Assembly (NCBI GenBank): GCA_017992605.1 | Contig: JAGOOG010000006.1 | Coordinates: 55,276 to 119,275 of the forward strand | Direction: 5' to 3' | Origin: Deltaproteobacteria bacterium | GTDB taxonomy: Bacteria; Desulfobacterota; Desulfomonilia; UBA1062 | Length of the DNA stretch: 64,000 bases | In this document: positions 1 through 10,269 of the stretch, piece after piece | How positions within the stretch are numbered: the stretch's first letter is position 1 | How the letters are laid out: each line of letters starts with the position of its first letter | Translations under genes and position numbers: made by a program | The notes under the pieces: generated by a model | The model's database searches: none | What the model was told of the DNA's origin: nothing | The model's input: the letters and a program-made list of their open reading frames with translations, nothing else

Positions 1-228
1 GGAATGTAAGTCTGCAGCATCGCCCGCGTTCCCGGAAAGGCTGTGCTGTATGGCGTTCACCAGTTCCTGTTCCCTCGGTTCCGGCGGACGTGTCTGACAC
101 TCCTTCTCGCTTCTTGACGCCCTGGCCCGTCGTCTGTTAAGTCATCTCTACCTCGTAAGGACCGTACTGCTCACGTGCGGGATATCCATTCAGGGGCGCG
201 GGAAGACATGACCAGGAAAACCGGATCG

Positions 229-1041
229 ATGAAGGTGCAGTTCACCAAGATGGAGGGCACCGGGAACGACTTCATCATGGTGAACGCCGTTCCCGGATCC
301 CTGGATATGGACTGGCCGTCCTTTGCTGCACGCTTCTGTCCCGTGAAGACAGGCATAGGGGCCGACGGGGTCATCGTGCTCTCCCCTGATACGCTCACGG
401 ACTTCCGCTTCCGCATCTTCAACGCCGATGGCAGCGAGGCCGAGATGTGCGGCAACGGCGCCCGCTGCGCCGCCCTGTTTGCATACCGGCAGGGTATCGC
501 AGGAAAGGCCCTGCGGTTCAGCACCATGGCCGGTATCGTCGAGGCCAGGGTTCACAACGACGGCGCCGCCGTCCAGATGACCGTGCCATTCGGGCTGGAC
601 ACGGGGATCGTCATTCCCGTCCACGGGTCCGAAAGGACCGTGCACTTCGTCAACACCGGCGTGCCGCACACCATCGTCTTCACCGACCACGTCGATGAGG
701 AGCCCGTGTTCGAACACGGGCGTCTCATCCGTTATCACGATCGTTTCGCTCCTTCGGGGACCAACGTGGATTTCGTGGAAAAGGTAGGCAGCGGCTGCAT
801 CCGTGTCCGCACCTACGAGCGGGGTGTCGAGGGGGAGACCCTTGCCTGCGGCACCGGGGCCGTGGCATCGGCCATCGTATCGTACCACCTCGGCACGGTC
901 AGGGACCTCCCGGTTACGGTCCGCATGAGGGGTGGTGACCTGAAGATAGACTTCACCCCGGATGGTGGCGCCTACGCCGATGTCTGGCTCACGGGCCCGG
1001 TCACCACGGTCTTCACGGGCGAGGCCATGGTGAGCCTGTGA
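229..1041 (+). CDS. dapF: diaminopimelate epimerase
   Basis: Translation MKVQFTKMEGTGNDFIMV... matches the DapF N-terminal GNDF motif and has both catalytic Cys regions. The start was moved to the internal ATG at 229. Confidence 0.9.
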   Translation: MKVQFTKMEGTGNDFIMVNAVPGSLDMDWPSFAARFCPVKTGIGADGVIVLSPDTLTDFRFRIFNADGSEAEMCGNGARCAALFAYRQGIAGKALRFSTMAGIVEARVHNDGAAVQMTVPFGLDTGIVIPVHGSERTVHFVNTGVPHTIVFTDHVDEEPVFEHGRLIRYHDRFAPSGTNVDFVEKVGSGCIRVRTYERGVEGETLACGTGAVASAIVSYHLGTVRDLPVTVRMRGGDLKIDFTPDGGAYADVWLTGPVTTVFTGEAMVSL

Positions 1042-1086
1042 TGAACGGCCACATCACTTCATCGACGAACCACGGAGTCCTCATTC

Positions 1087-2625
1087 ATGCGTGAACTCGT
1101 AGCCGTGCTTGACTTCGGTTCTCAGTACGCCCAGCTCATCTCCCGGCGCATCCGCGAGTGCGGGGTCTACTGCGAGATTCTCCCCCACGATACCACGGCC
1201 GCTGACCTGGACGGCCTGGGCCCCAAGGCCATCGTCCTGTCCGGAGGCCCGGCATCGGTCCTCGAAAAAGGCCATCCCGGCATCGAGGAAGGCGTTTTCG
1301 ACCTCGGCATACCCGTGCTCGGTATCTGCTACGGCCTGCAGCTCACCGCCAAGGTGCTCGGCGGCAGTCTCGAGCGAGGCCGTGCCAGGGAGTACGGCCC
1401 GGCGACCATCGATGTGGACGATCGGGGCAAGCTCTTCGTGGGCCTGCCGGACATGCTCGATGTCTGGATGAGCCACGGCGATCACGTCTCAATTCCCCCG
1501 GCCGGGTTCACGGTCCTGGCCCGCACGCCCACCTGCGGGGTGGCGGCCATGGGCAATGCGTCCAGAAAGATCTACGGGGTCCAGTTCCACCCCGAGGTGG
1601 TCCACACCCCCAGGGGGAAAGACATCCTCGGGAACTTCCTCTTCGGCATTGCAGGCTGCAGCGGCGGCTGGACCATGAAGGGCTTCATCGAGGAGTCCAT
1701 AGGGGCGATCAGGAACAAGGTGGGAACCGGCAGGGTGATCTGCGGCATGTCGGGCGGCGTGGACTCTGCCGTGGTGTCGGCCCTCATCGACAGGGCCATC
1801 GGTGACCGCATGACCGCCATCTTCGTGGACAACGGGGTTCTGCGGGCCGGCGAGGCCGAACAGATCAGGAAAACCTTCACCGAGACATATCCCCTGAATC
1901 TCGACATCGTCGATGCGTCCGACCGGTTCATCGATGCGCTGGTGGGCGTCACCGAGCCCGAGGAGAAGCGCAAGATCATCGGCCGCACCTTCATCGACGT
2001 GTTCTACGGCGAGGCAGCACGCATCGGCGGTGCCGATTTCCTGGCCCAGGGAACGCTCTACCCGGATGTCATCGAAAGCCGATCCGCCAAGGGCGGCCCG
2101 TCTGCGACCATCAAGAGCCACCACAACGTGGGTGGTCTGCCTCAGGACCTGAAGTTCAAGCTCGTCGAGCCACTCAAGGAGCTTTTCAAGGACGAAGTGC
2201 GCATGCTGGGCAGGGAACTCGGCATGCCGGAATCAATCCTGACGCGCCAGCCATTCCCTGGGCCCGGTCTTGCCGTGCGCATCCTGGGCGAGGTTACCAG
2301 GGAGAACGTGTCCATCCTCCAGGAGGCCGACCGGCGGGTGCAGGAGGAGATCGTCAGGTGGGAGGGATACCGTGACGTCTGGCAGTCCTTTGCCGTGCTG
2401 CTGCCGGTCAAGACCGTCGGGGTCATGGGAGACGAGCGGACCTATGCCAATGTCATCGCCATCCGTGCCGTGAACAGCATGGACGGGATGACGGCTGACT
2501 GGATCAAGATGCCCTACGAACTGCTGGCGAGGATCTCCACGCGTATCATCAACGAGGTCAAGGGTGTGAACCGTGTGGTCTACGACATCAGTTCCAAGCC
2601 CCCGAGCACCATCGAGTGGGAGTGA
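1087..2625 (+). CDS. guaA: GMP synthase (glutamine-hydrolysing)
   Basis: Class I GATase N-terminus ([17 protein letters not shown]) plus a PP-loop SGGVDS and the C-terminal GMP synthase dimerisation region, 512 aa. Confidence 0.95.
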   Translation: MRELVAVLDFGSQYAQLISRRIRECGVYCEILPHDTTAADLDGLGPKAIVLSGGPASVLEKGHPGIEEGVFDLGIPVLGICYGLQLTAKVLGGSLERGRAREYGPATIDVDDRGKLFVGLPDMLDVWMSHGDHVSIPPAGFTVLARTPTCGVAAMGNASRKIYGVQFHPEVVHTPRGKDILGNFLFGIAGCSGGWTMKGFIEESIGAIRNKVGTGRVICGMSGGVDSAVVSALIDRAIGDRMTAIFVDNGVLRAGEAEQIRKTFTETYPLNLDIVDASDRFIDALVGVTEPEEKRKIIGRTFIDVFYGEAARIGGADFLAQGTLYPDVIESRSAKGGPSATIKSHHNVGGLPQDLKFKLVEPLKELFKDEVRMLGRELGMPESILTRQPFPGPGLAVRILGEVTRENVSILQEADRRVQEEIVRWEGYRDVWQSFAVLLPVKTVGVMGDERTYANVIAIRAVNSMDGMTADWIKMPYELLARISTRIINEVKGVNRVVYDISSKPPSTIEWE

Positions 2626-2794
2626 GAAAAATACCGTGACGGGAGGTATCCGGCCTGCTCAATCCATGCATCCCGCACCACGGCATACCTGCCGCGAGCT
2701 CTGCGGGATGTGCGCATTGAGCGGGTCCGGTTCTCTCTCGAGCATCACGACCATGTACCAGACAGCACTATCATCGACCTGAGGAGGTGCCCCC

Positions 2795-4198
2795 ATGGGC
2801 GGACTGTTCGGCATAGCTTCCAGGCAGGACTGCGTGAAGGATCTCTTCTACGGCACCGACTACCACTCGCATCTCGGCACACGCCGCGCAGGGCTTGCCG
2901 TGGTGAACGAGAAAGGCTTCACGCGGTCCATTCACTCCATCGAGAGCTCCTACTTCCGCTCGAAATTCGAGCCTGACCTGACCATCTTCCAGGGGAACAT
3001 GGGCATCGGCGTCATCAGTGACACCGACTCCCAGCCGCTCATCATCAACTCCCACCTGGGCACCTTCGGCATCGTCACCGTGGGCAAGATCAATAATCTG
3101 GTCGAGCTCGGCAAGCTGGCCTTCTCCCAGAAGAAGTACTTCTCCGAGACATCGGGCTACGACATCAACCCCACCGAGCTCATCGCCATGCTCATCTGCG
3201 AGCAGGACAACTTCGTCAACGGCATCCGGCACGTCAACGAGTCCGTCAGGGGGTCGTGCACCATACTCCTCCTGACGCGGGATGGAATCTATGCCGCCCG
3301 GGACAGATACGGCAGGACACCCATCGTCATCGGCAGAAAGGACGGTGCCTTGGCCGCGTCATCCGAATCGAGCGCCTTCCCCAACCTCGGATACGAGACA
3401 GAGTACTACGTAGGTCCTGCCGAGATAGTGCACATCACCCCCGACGGGTATGAGCAGGTCAGCACCCCGGTCGAGAAGATGCAGGTGTGCTCGTTCCTGT
3501 GGGTATATTACGGCTACCCGCCTTCATGCTACGAGGGCATCAACGTGGAGGAGGTGCGGTACAGGTGCGGCAGGGCCCTGTCCAGGGACGATACGGTGGA
3601 GGTGGACTTCGTCTCGGGCATCCCGGATTCGGGCATCGGTCATGCGCTGGGCTATGCCACAGGCAAGGGCATCCCCTACATGCGACCATACGTCAAGTAC
3701 ACCCCCACGTGGCCACGGAGCTTCATGCCCCAGAATCAGTCCGTGCGCGACCTGGTGGCCAAGATGAAGCTGATCCCCAACCGTGCCATCATCAACGGCA
3801 GGCGCATCGTGTTCTGCGACGACTCCATCGTGCGGGGCACCCAGCTCCAGGACAACATCCAGATCCTCTATGAGTACGGGGCCAGGGAGGTGCACATGCG
3901 GGTGGCCTGCCCAACGCTCATCTACCCCTGCGAGTTCCTGAACTTCTCGAGCTCACGCTCCCAGCTCGACCTTGCCGGCAGAAAGGCCATCAAGGCACTG
4001 GAGGGGAAGGATGACGTCCACCTGGAGGAGTATGCCCGGGCGGGTTCAGAGAAGAACAGGGCCATGGTGGAACAGATCCGCAAAACCCTGGGCATGACCT
4101 CGCTGAAGTACCAGACCATCGACGATCTGGTGGAGGCCATCGGACTCCCGAAGGAGCGCCTGTGCACCCACTGCTGGGACGGGACGAGCTACTGCTGA
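2795..4198 (+). CDS. amidophosphoribosyltransferase (PurF)-like paralog with degenerate glutaminase domain
   Basis: PRTase motif IVFCDDSIVRGTQ and a C-terminal Cys cluster as in [4Fe-4S] PurF. The N-terminus reads MGGLFG (no Cys1) and the RYxTTG/HNGN glutaminase motifs are missing. GGAGG RBS 8 nt upstream; the in-frame codon triplet upstream is a stop. Confidence 0.75.
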   Translation: MGGLFGIASRQDCVKDLFYGTDYHSHLGTRRAGLAVVNEKGFTRSIHSIESSYFRSKFEPDLTIFQGNMGIGVISDTDSQPLIINSHLGTFGIVTVGKINNLVELGKLAFSQKKYFSETSGYDINPTELIAMLICEQDNFVNGIRHVNESVRGSCTILLLTRDGIYAARDRYGRTPIVIGRKDGALAASSESSAFPNLGYETEYYVGPAEIVHITPDGYEQVSTPVEKMQVCSFLWVYYGYPPSCYEGINVEEVRYRCGRALSRDDTVEVDFVSGIPDSGIGHALGYATGKGIPYMRPYVKYTPTWPRSFMPQNQSVRDLVAKMKLIPNRAIINGRRIVFCDDSIVRGTQLQDNIQILYEYGAREVHMRVACPTLIYPCEFLNFSSSRSQLDLAGRKAIKALEGKDDVHLEEYARAGSEKNRAMVEQIRKTLGMTSLKYQTIDDLVEAIGLPKERLCTHCWDGTSYC

Positions 4199-4217
4199 GA
4201 CACCCCGGGCGGATGCT

Positions 4218-7200
4218 CTAGGGCCGTTCACCCAGCAGCGTTGCGAGCACCCGGACCTCGTACCCCGATGCATCGACCACATGTCTGAGCTCGGCGGCCG
4301 CATCCGATGCCTCGCGCAGGGCCCTCTTCATCGCCCCTGCGGTCTTCTTCCCTGCCAGACGGCGCAGGGCCGTACAGAGGGCGAGCCACGAGATCAGGGT
4401 ATCCATGGACTCCTTGTTGAACCACCACCTGTCGCCGAAGAGATTGAACCCCAGGAAGTCCCTCACGGTGGAATCCACGAGCATGTCCCTCAGCAGAATA
4501 CCCATGTCGCGCATGGTCGATACACCCTGATGCCTGGCGAGGATGCCTATGAGCGTGACTTCGTACCGGGCCCTGGACTCGTCCGCGCCGAGCTCGACAA
4601 AGGTCCTGGTTACGGCATGCCCGAGCATCCAGTCGTCCATGAGCGAAGCGGAACGTGCCGCGGCACCCTCGTCGCCGGCGAGCCTGCCGAGCGGCGCCAC
4701 GATCGCCCAGAGCAGGGGGATCCGCCATGCCCACAGATCGGACGACGGCGTTTCCGGAATCAGGCAGAGCAGGTCACCGATGTGTTCATCCCCCTCCCAG
4801 GACGGCTTGTGCCGGTGCCTGTTCACGGTGAAGAGGGCGTCCAGGAGCAGGCACGTCTCGTCGCCCGCGACCTTGTCCCGGGCAGGCCAGCCCGCGAACT
4901 CCCGTGCATTCTTCAGGAATGAGGACAGCCTCCCGCTGAAGACCGCAGGGGTCGTTCCCGTGCGCATCCCCCCGGACACGAGCACGGGCAGGGCATCCCC
5001 CGCGATCATCTCGCCGAAGGGCCTGAGCACCTTTTCCACGGAGAGTTCACGGAGCGCGGTCGTCACATCGGGCACGCCCCTGCCCATGAGCCGCTGTTCA
5101 AGCTCGGCACACCTCCCGTCAAAATCGTGGATCTCGCCGAACGAAGAGAAGACGTGGCACTTGAAGGCGCCCAGGCGGATCGCGAGTCCGTCGCGCCAGA
5201 TGCCCCGGCTGCTCCTGAGGTATTCGAGGCCTCCACGCTCGTCTCGCAGGACGTAGTAGGCGGCATCTTCGTTCTTCAGCGCGAGACCCTCTCCCAGAGA
5301 TTTGTGAACGATATGACGTCTGGTGCCCTGCTCCACGTTCATGCCCACGGACCTGGAGATGGTACCGACTGCCTCTGAGAACCTGTTGTTGTAGACCACC
5401 AGGGACCTCTCGTCCCCGTACCTGTTGGAATAGGCAAACACGTCCTCGTTCACGTGGCCTTCAGGGGTGCGGAAGTCGTAGAGCACGAAGTGTTCCACCC
5501 CGGAGAACATCCTGCGCTTCTTGAACAGCGGGAAGATCTCCTGCTCGTGGCGCCACACGAGGTGACTGTCTACCGGTTCGTCCCAGTAGGATCGCCGGTA
5601 CTCCATGCCGTATTTTTCCGAGAAGCCCTCGACCTGTCCGTGACCGAACATGGGAAGCCCCGGCAGGGTGGCCATGAGCGTGGCAACCCCGAAATACTTG
5701 TCGTCCTTGCCGAAACCGTGCACCGCAGGTTCCTCGTCGGGGTTGTTCATGAAGTTCACGAAGCGCCTGAGGATCTCGGGATTGAAGCGGAGCACGTTCT
5801 TCATGACATCCCGGTACTTGCTGTTCTCCTCGGCCTTGAGCATGTTCATGAAGGCCGAGTTGTACACCCGGTGCATACCCAGGCTCCGAACGAAGTACCC
5901 CTCCATGAGCCAGAAGGCCTCGGCCAGGAGGAGCGTGTTGGGTGCTTCGGCTGCGATGCGGTCCACGAGCTCGCGCCAGAACTCCACCGGAAAGAGCCGC
6001 TCGAAATCGTCGGGGGACACGCTGTGGCCTGCCCTCGACGGGATGTCGCCGCCGTAGCCGGGCGCCGGATACCAGAGGCGCTGGAAGTGTCGCTTGGCAA
6101 GGGTCATGGCCGCATCGAAGCGTATGATGGGGAACCTCTTCGCAATGGCGATGGTCTGGCCGATCACGGCCTGGCGAACCTCGTGCTTGAGAAAGTCGAG
6201 CTGCGCCGTGTCGTTCCAGGGCATGCTCGTCCCGTCGTTCCCGTGGTAGATGTAGCGGTCCTGGCCGGTCCACCGGTCATGCCTGCGGAAGACCACGGCC
6301 GCGTCGGTGCGGTTCCAGTACCCGTCCTCGATCTGGATGACCACCCGGTCGTCCTGCGAGAGATTTGTTCCGGTGAACCGGTATGCCGGGAACGGCGGGT
6401 GATCTAGCTGGATGAACCAGTCCGGGTGCTCGATGACCCAGCGTGAGTAGATGCCCATGTGGTTGGGCACCATGTCCGTGGCCATGCGTATGCCGTAGCG
6501 CAGGGCCCGGTCCTTGAGGTTCTCGAAGGCATCATCGCCCCCGAGCTCGGATGCGATGATGTAGTCGTAGAGGGAATAGGCTGAGGATTCGGCCTCGGGG
6601 TTGCCGGTCATCCTCTTGATCGTCTTCGAGGCCGGGCTGCGCTCCCATATGCCGATGAGCCAGAGACCCGTGAAACCCCAGCGGGACAGGATCTCGAGCT
6701 CCTCGTCCGGTATCCGGTCGAGGCGGCTGATGTCGCGGTTGTACTTCACCGAGAGCTGGTGAAGCCATACGTACACGCTCTTGGCCATGAGCACGAGGCT
6801 GGGCATCCAGTCCTCGTCGGGGCTGAACCGCTCGATGTCCTCGTAATCCCTCAGGCCGAACGTGATCACGGGCGCGTACCCCTTGCCGATGAACCGTGCC
6901 CTGGTTTCCTCCTTGATGAGGTCGAGGCTGCTCAGGAGCCTTATGTAGAGTTCGGCCAGGAGATAGCCCCAGTGCTTGCGGATGTACTCGAGCTGTTCGA
7001 AGAGGGAATGCGGCGCGGCCCGCAGAGGCGCCAGGAGCAGGTCGAGGAGCGTCTGGCCGAAGGGCCCGAAGGGTGTTATGCTCCTGAAGAGTTCGTCGAT
7101 GAACGAGATGATGTCGAGGTACGGCGTTTCCTTCCTGAGCGCGGTGTCGTCGAAGAGTTCGTGGTAGTTCGACAGTGCTCTGTTCTCGTTGGAGATGTAG

Positions 7201-7643
7201 AGCAGCAGCATCTCCTCCATGGCGATGAGCCTGTTTGACACCCCACCGGTGCGGGAGGCCACGTATTCCTGCACCGTCATGTTGCCCGTGTACACGTCCC
7301 GCGGCGGGAACTGGTGGAGGAACTGCTCGATGGTGCGGTCCACGTCAGGGAGCCTTGTCGATGCGTAGTCGTAGGCGTCCCTCATGATATTGGGGTTCAC
7401 CTGCCTTCGGTAGAGCTCGATCATAAAGTGCATGATCTCGTCGATGAGCCCCATGGCGTTGATGTCGGATGCCCGCGCAGCCCTTTCCGGATGGCTGGCT
7501 GCATCGCGGATGCGGTTCATCCTGTCCGCGAAGTCCCGGGCAGCCTGGGGACTGGCCAGGATGACATTGCCCGTGGTGGTGAACAGGGCCTGGTCGAAGC
7601 TGTAGAGGTCTCTCGCCTTGCGGGAGATATGAAATTCGTACAT
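4218..7643 (-). CDS. alpha-amylase family (GH13-like) large multidomain glycosidase/glycosyltransferase
   Basis: Central region carries GH13 signatures: GIRMATDMVPNH (region I), IIRFDAAMTL (region II catalytic Asp), LLLAEAFW (region III Glu), FVNFMNNPDE (region IV-like). About 270 aa N-terminal and about 440 aa C-terminal extensions have no family I recognise. Confidence 0.65.
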   Translation of the reverse strand: MYEFHISRKARDLYSFDQALFTTTGNVILASPQAARDFADRMNRIRDAASHPERAARASDINAMGLIDEIMHFMIELYRRQVNPNIMRDAYDYASTRLPDVDRTIEQFLHQFPPRDVYTGNMTVQEYVASRTGGVSNRLIAMEEMLLLYISNENRALSNYHELFDDTALRKETPYLDIISFIDELFRSITPFGPFGQTLLDLLLAPLRAAPHSLFEQLEYIRKHWGYLLAELYIRLLSSLDLIKEETRARFIGKGYAPVITFGLRDYEDIERFSPDEDWMPSLVLMAKSVYVWLHQLSVKYNRDISRLDRIPDEELEILSRWGFTGLWLIGIWERSPASKTIKRMTGNPEAESSAYSLYDYIIASELGGDDAFENLKDRALRYGIRMATDMVPNHMGIYSRWVIEHPDWFIQLDHPPFPAYRFTGTNLSQDDRVVIQIEDGYWNRTDAAVVFRRHDRWTGQDRYIYHGNDGTSMPWNDTAQLDFLKHEVRQAVIGQTIAIAKRFPIIRFDAAMTLAKRHFQRLWYPAPGYGGDIPSRAGHSVSPDDFERLFPVEFWRELVDRIAAEAPNTLLLAEAFWLMEGYFVRSLGMHRVYNSAFMNMLKAEENSKYRDVMKNVLRFNPEILRRFVNFMNNPDEEPAVHGFGKDDKYFGVATLMATLPGLPMFGHGQVEGFSEKYGMEYRRSYWDEPVDSHLVWRHEQEIFPLFKKRRMFSGVEHFVLYDFRTPEGHVNEDVFAYSNRYGDERSLVVYNNRFSEAVGTISRSVGMNVEQGTRRHIVHKSLGEGLALKNEDAAYYVLRDERGGLEYLRSSRGIWRDGLAIRLGAFKCHVFSSFGEIHDFDGRCAELEQRLMGRGVPDVTTALRELSVEKVLRPFGEMIAGDALPVLVSGGMRTGTTPAVFSGRLSSFLKNAREFAGWPARDKVAGDETCLLLDALFTVNRHRHKPSWEGDEHIGDLLCLIPETPSSDLWAWRIPLLWAIVAPLGRLAGDEGAAARSASLMDDWMLGHAVTRTFVELGADESRARYEVTLIGILARHQGVSTMRDMGILLRDMLVDSTVRDFLGFNLFGDRWWFNKESMDTLISWLALCTALRRLAGKKTAGAMKRALREASDAAAELRHVVDASGYEVRVLATLLGERP

Positions 7644-7793
7644 CGGTTCAGGCCCTCACCGTATGCGGGTCACGTGGGACGGAGCACTCCATCTTCATCT
7701 ATGATAATTCCATTCCAACGCCCATCCAAGGTTGTAGCAGAATGTAGGGGAACAGATCCTGCCAGTCAAGACAAAAGCGAGGCAGCGTCGGTA

Positions 7794-8936
7794 CTATTCA
7801 ATCCTTTCGAGGGCGTCCCTGATTTCCTGCCGGACCTTGTCCGCGTCCGGTGACACGTGGCACCTCCGGTGGCAGTTGGGACACAGGGCCACGGTGTTCT
7901 CGACGGTGTCCGGCCCGCCTTCAGCGAGGGGCAAGACATGGTGCGTCTCCAGATACCATGATCCCCGCACGTCCCGGAAAGGACCCGGTTTCCGACACAG
8001 CTCGCAGATCCCCCGTGCCTGCTGCAACACCCAGGCTCTGACCAGGGGGTCCTTCTCATACTCCGACCGCGTGGACTGCAGTCTGTTCGGGTGAGGATAT
8101 CCCTTCGGCGCGCCGGCGAGTTTCTTGCCGAGCAGATTGCCCGTCCTCCTGTCCAGTTCGAACGGGTCCGCAGTCGAGGTATAGTCCCGCCCGTTGAGGA
8201 ACTTCCTCCCGAAGATGATCCTCCTGATCCTCTCCGATGTCTCCGGGCTGATGTTTGTCCTTGGTGGATAGGCCTGTACGGTCGGGTGACACAGCTCCTG
8301 GAGCACCGAAGAGATGTTCTGCAGCCTGAACTCGACGGACCCCCTGCTCCTGTTGATGAGCTCGAAGCTGAGAAACTGCCTGATGACCTCGGCCCTGTTG
8401 AACTTCTTCCCCTTGAGCTCCCTGTTCAGCATGGTGAAGTACGCATAGACAGCGGCCTCGAGTTCCTGGTCCGCCCAGTCGGTGAAGTCCGGATCGACGT
8501 CTTCATGGCAGGCTGCCGATTCGATCAGGTCGACCCGGTACACATCCTTCCCGATTCGTTCGAACCTCATCACCGGCCGCTCCTCGTCGAACTCCTCGTT
8601 CAAGGCATATTTTCTGTATACGTACGGAAACCGGTCTATGATCTGCTCAGAGAAGTCGGTCTTCCAGAGAAGCCGGTAGCGGGACCCCATCTGATCCATG
8701 TGAATGTGGGCGTCATAGGCGACAGAACCGAGCACAAGCTGGACAGGCATCGGTTCAGAAAGGCCTTTCGCAGGCAGGCCAAAGAAGGAGACGATCTCTC
8801 TGGGGACGCTCATCTCCCGGTGCAGGAACGTGGACCTGTCCATGTGCTTCAGGGCGACATCTTCGGATAAGACATCCCAGGAGTAGGCAGAAGACGGATA
8901 GTTCATGTCGTGTCCATTTCTGTCGGATTGCTCCAT
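7794..8936 (-). CDS. McrA/COG3183-like HNH endonuclease fusion (unassigned N-terminal domain + C-terminal HNH)
   Basis: C-terminus LETHHVLPLAEGGPDTVENTVALCPNCHRRCH is a canonical HNH ββα-Me zinc-finger motif. The N-terminal ~300 aa match no family I recognise. Flanking intergenic DNA is AT-richer than the window. Confidence 0.7.
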   Translation of the reverse strand: MEQSDRNGHDMNYPSSAYSWDVLSEDVALKHMDRSTFLHREMSVPREIVSFFGLPAKGLSEPMPVQLVLGSVAYDAHIHMDQMGSRYRLLWKTDFSEQIIDRFPYVYRKYALNEEFDEERPVMRFERIGKDVYRVDLIESAACHEDVDPDFTDWADQELEAAVYAYFTMLNRELKGKKFNRAEVIRQFLSFELINRSRGSVEFRLQNISSVLQELCHPTVQAYPPRTNISPETSERIRRIIFGRKFLNGRDYTSTADPFELDRRTGNLLGKKLAGAPKGYPHPNRLQSTRSEYEKDPLVRAWVLQQARGICELCRKPGPFRDVRGSWYLETHHVLPLAEGGPDTVENTVALCPNCHRRCHVSPDADKVRQEIRDALERIE

Positions 8937-9148
8937 ATAAGAACCATCGTGACAGTGCTGTCAATCCGATTGATGCTCAAGGGAGGGGATGACAGTCACT
9001 TTTCGTACGCACGGTTACAAATATTTCCAGAGCCGGACATTACGATCGCCATAACATGCTGACATCACGGAGTCATATCCTCTGGCACGTAGATTGTAAG
9101 CTTCACTTCCAGTGGTCCATTTCATGGAATGGGGAAAGAAGGTATGCC

Positions 9149-9379
9149 ATGATCACATTGCGGTATTCCCTCAACCACGGTTTATCATGTCAGGTCTACG
9201 ATGACAACCGTCTCATCGGGCGTGTTCGCATCGAAAAGAAGATGACCAGCGACAAATTCCTTGCCATCATACTCGGAGATGCAAAAGACGCCCAGGAGTG
9301 CCTACAGAGGGAGTTCGACACCATCTTCGATGCACTGGACTGGCTGGAGGAACGAAGGGGGAAGAGCACGTCTGCCTGA
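9149..9379 (+). CDS. hypothetical small protein (76 aa)
   Basis: ORF MITLRYSLNHGLSCQVYDD... with AGAAGG RBS 7 nt upstream of the ATG. The long ORF-track call starting at 9056 is trimmed to this start. Confidence 0.4.
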   Translation: MITLRYSLNHGLSCQVYDDNRLIGRVRIEKKMTSDKFLAIILGDAKDAQECLQREFDTIFDALDWLEERRGKSTSA

Positions 9380-9489
9380 CAGTAAGGGGCCTCCGTAGGA
9401 GACATCCTCCCCCTCCGACACGACCCGCCGTGGCATGCCGGAAGGGGTGATGAAGAAGGCTCCCCCTTTGCCATTCATCCGTGAACGGC

Positions 9490-10269
9490 TCAGTTGCCCC
9501 TCCACCTTTTTCCATTCCCTTTGTCGTTGTGCACATACGCCTGCTTCGCCTTCCCGTTGCCCTGCTTGAACTTGTTGTCATTCGGCCTTGCCAGTTTCTG
9601 TACGCCCTCATTCGGCCTGACTTTCTTCTGCCTGTTCTGGTCCACCTTCATATCGTTCCTGTTCCTGCTGATCCGATCCCTGTCCTTCACATTTCTTTCA
9701 CGGCTGATGTCACGGTCTATGACCCGGAAGCTCCGCCCCTCGTTGCGGTACCTCATGATCTTTCCCGGTGCATACCGGTGATGCTCCGACATGAACTTCA
9801 GGTTCACCTGGTTCACGATGTCCCGATCCCGCAGGTCTCCCCTCTTCCATGTGCCCCTCGGGTGACTGTTATAGTACCCGTATGCAGGTACGTAGCGGTG
9901 AACGACCACGGGAACGTAGTAGACGTCAGGCCTCAACCCGAAATAGTACGTAATGTCCATCCAGCTCATGCCCCTCATGCGGAGGTCCGCCACGAGACCC
10001 GGATCGACACCCGCCATCCGCGCAATGAAGAACACCACCGGAAGCTCTTCCTCATAGATCCCGCGCTCGCGGATGACCACAATGTCCCTCTCGGGTACGC
10101 CGTAATACTGGCCCATGGAGAAGATGAATCCGTCAATGCCCCCGCTGCCTCCGGATATCCCGACGTTCCACTCGGTCTGCGCAAACGAGGGGGATACCAT
10201 GGACATGAGCAGGAGAAACAATCCTGTGGTCGCACCGATCAATGCCGGCCTGATCTTCACTGTCTTCAT
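9490..10269 (-). CDS. secreted hypothetical protein with K/R/N/D-rich low-complexity C-terminal tail
   Basis: AAAGGAG RBS 8 nt before MKTVKIRPALIGATTGLFLLLMSMVSPSFAQ, a signal-peptide-like start with an A-Q|T cleavage. Tyr/Pro-rich core and a basic repetitive tail. Confidence 0.55.
   Translation of the reverse strand: MKTVKIRPALIGATTGLFLLLMSMVSPSFAQTEWNVGISGGSGGIDGFIFSMGQYYGVPERDIVVIRERGIYEEELPVVFFIARMAGVDPGLVADLRMRGMSWMDITYYFGLRPDVYYVPVVVHRYVPAYGYYNSHPRGTWKRGDLRDRDIVNQVNLKFMSEHHRYAPGKIMRYRNEGRSFRVIDRDISRERNVKDRDRISRNRNDMKVDQNRQKKVRPNEGVQKLARPNDNKFKQGNGKAKQAYVHNDKGNGKRWRGN

Noticed and set aside
2626-2794. Possible purine/ZTP riboswitch in the 170-nt leader of the purF-like gene
   Set aside because: I could not find the conserved purine-riboswitch junction nucleotides or the ZTP pseudoknot consensus in this leader. 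It is probably just a promoter and UTR.
5454-6407. 317-aa and other plus-strand ORFs inside the GH13 giant gene (and similar antisense ORFs at 171-527, 24524-26266, 57976-59160, 61973-63025)
   Set aside because: All overlap strongly supported genes on the opposite strand and show low-complexity, GC-driven composition. Treated as spurious.
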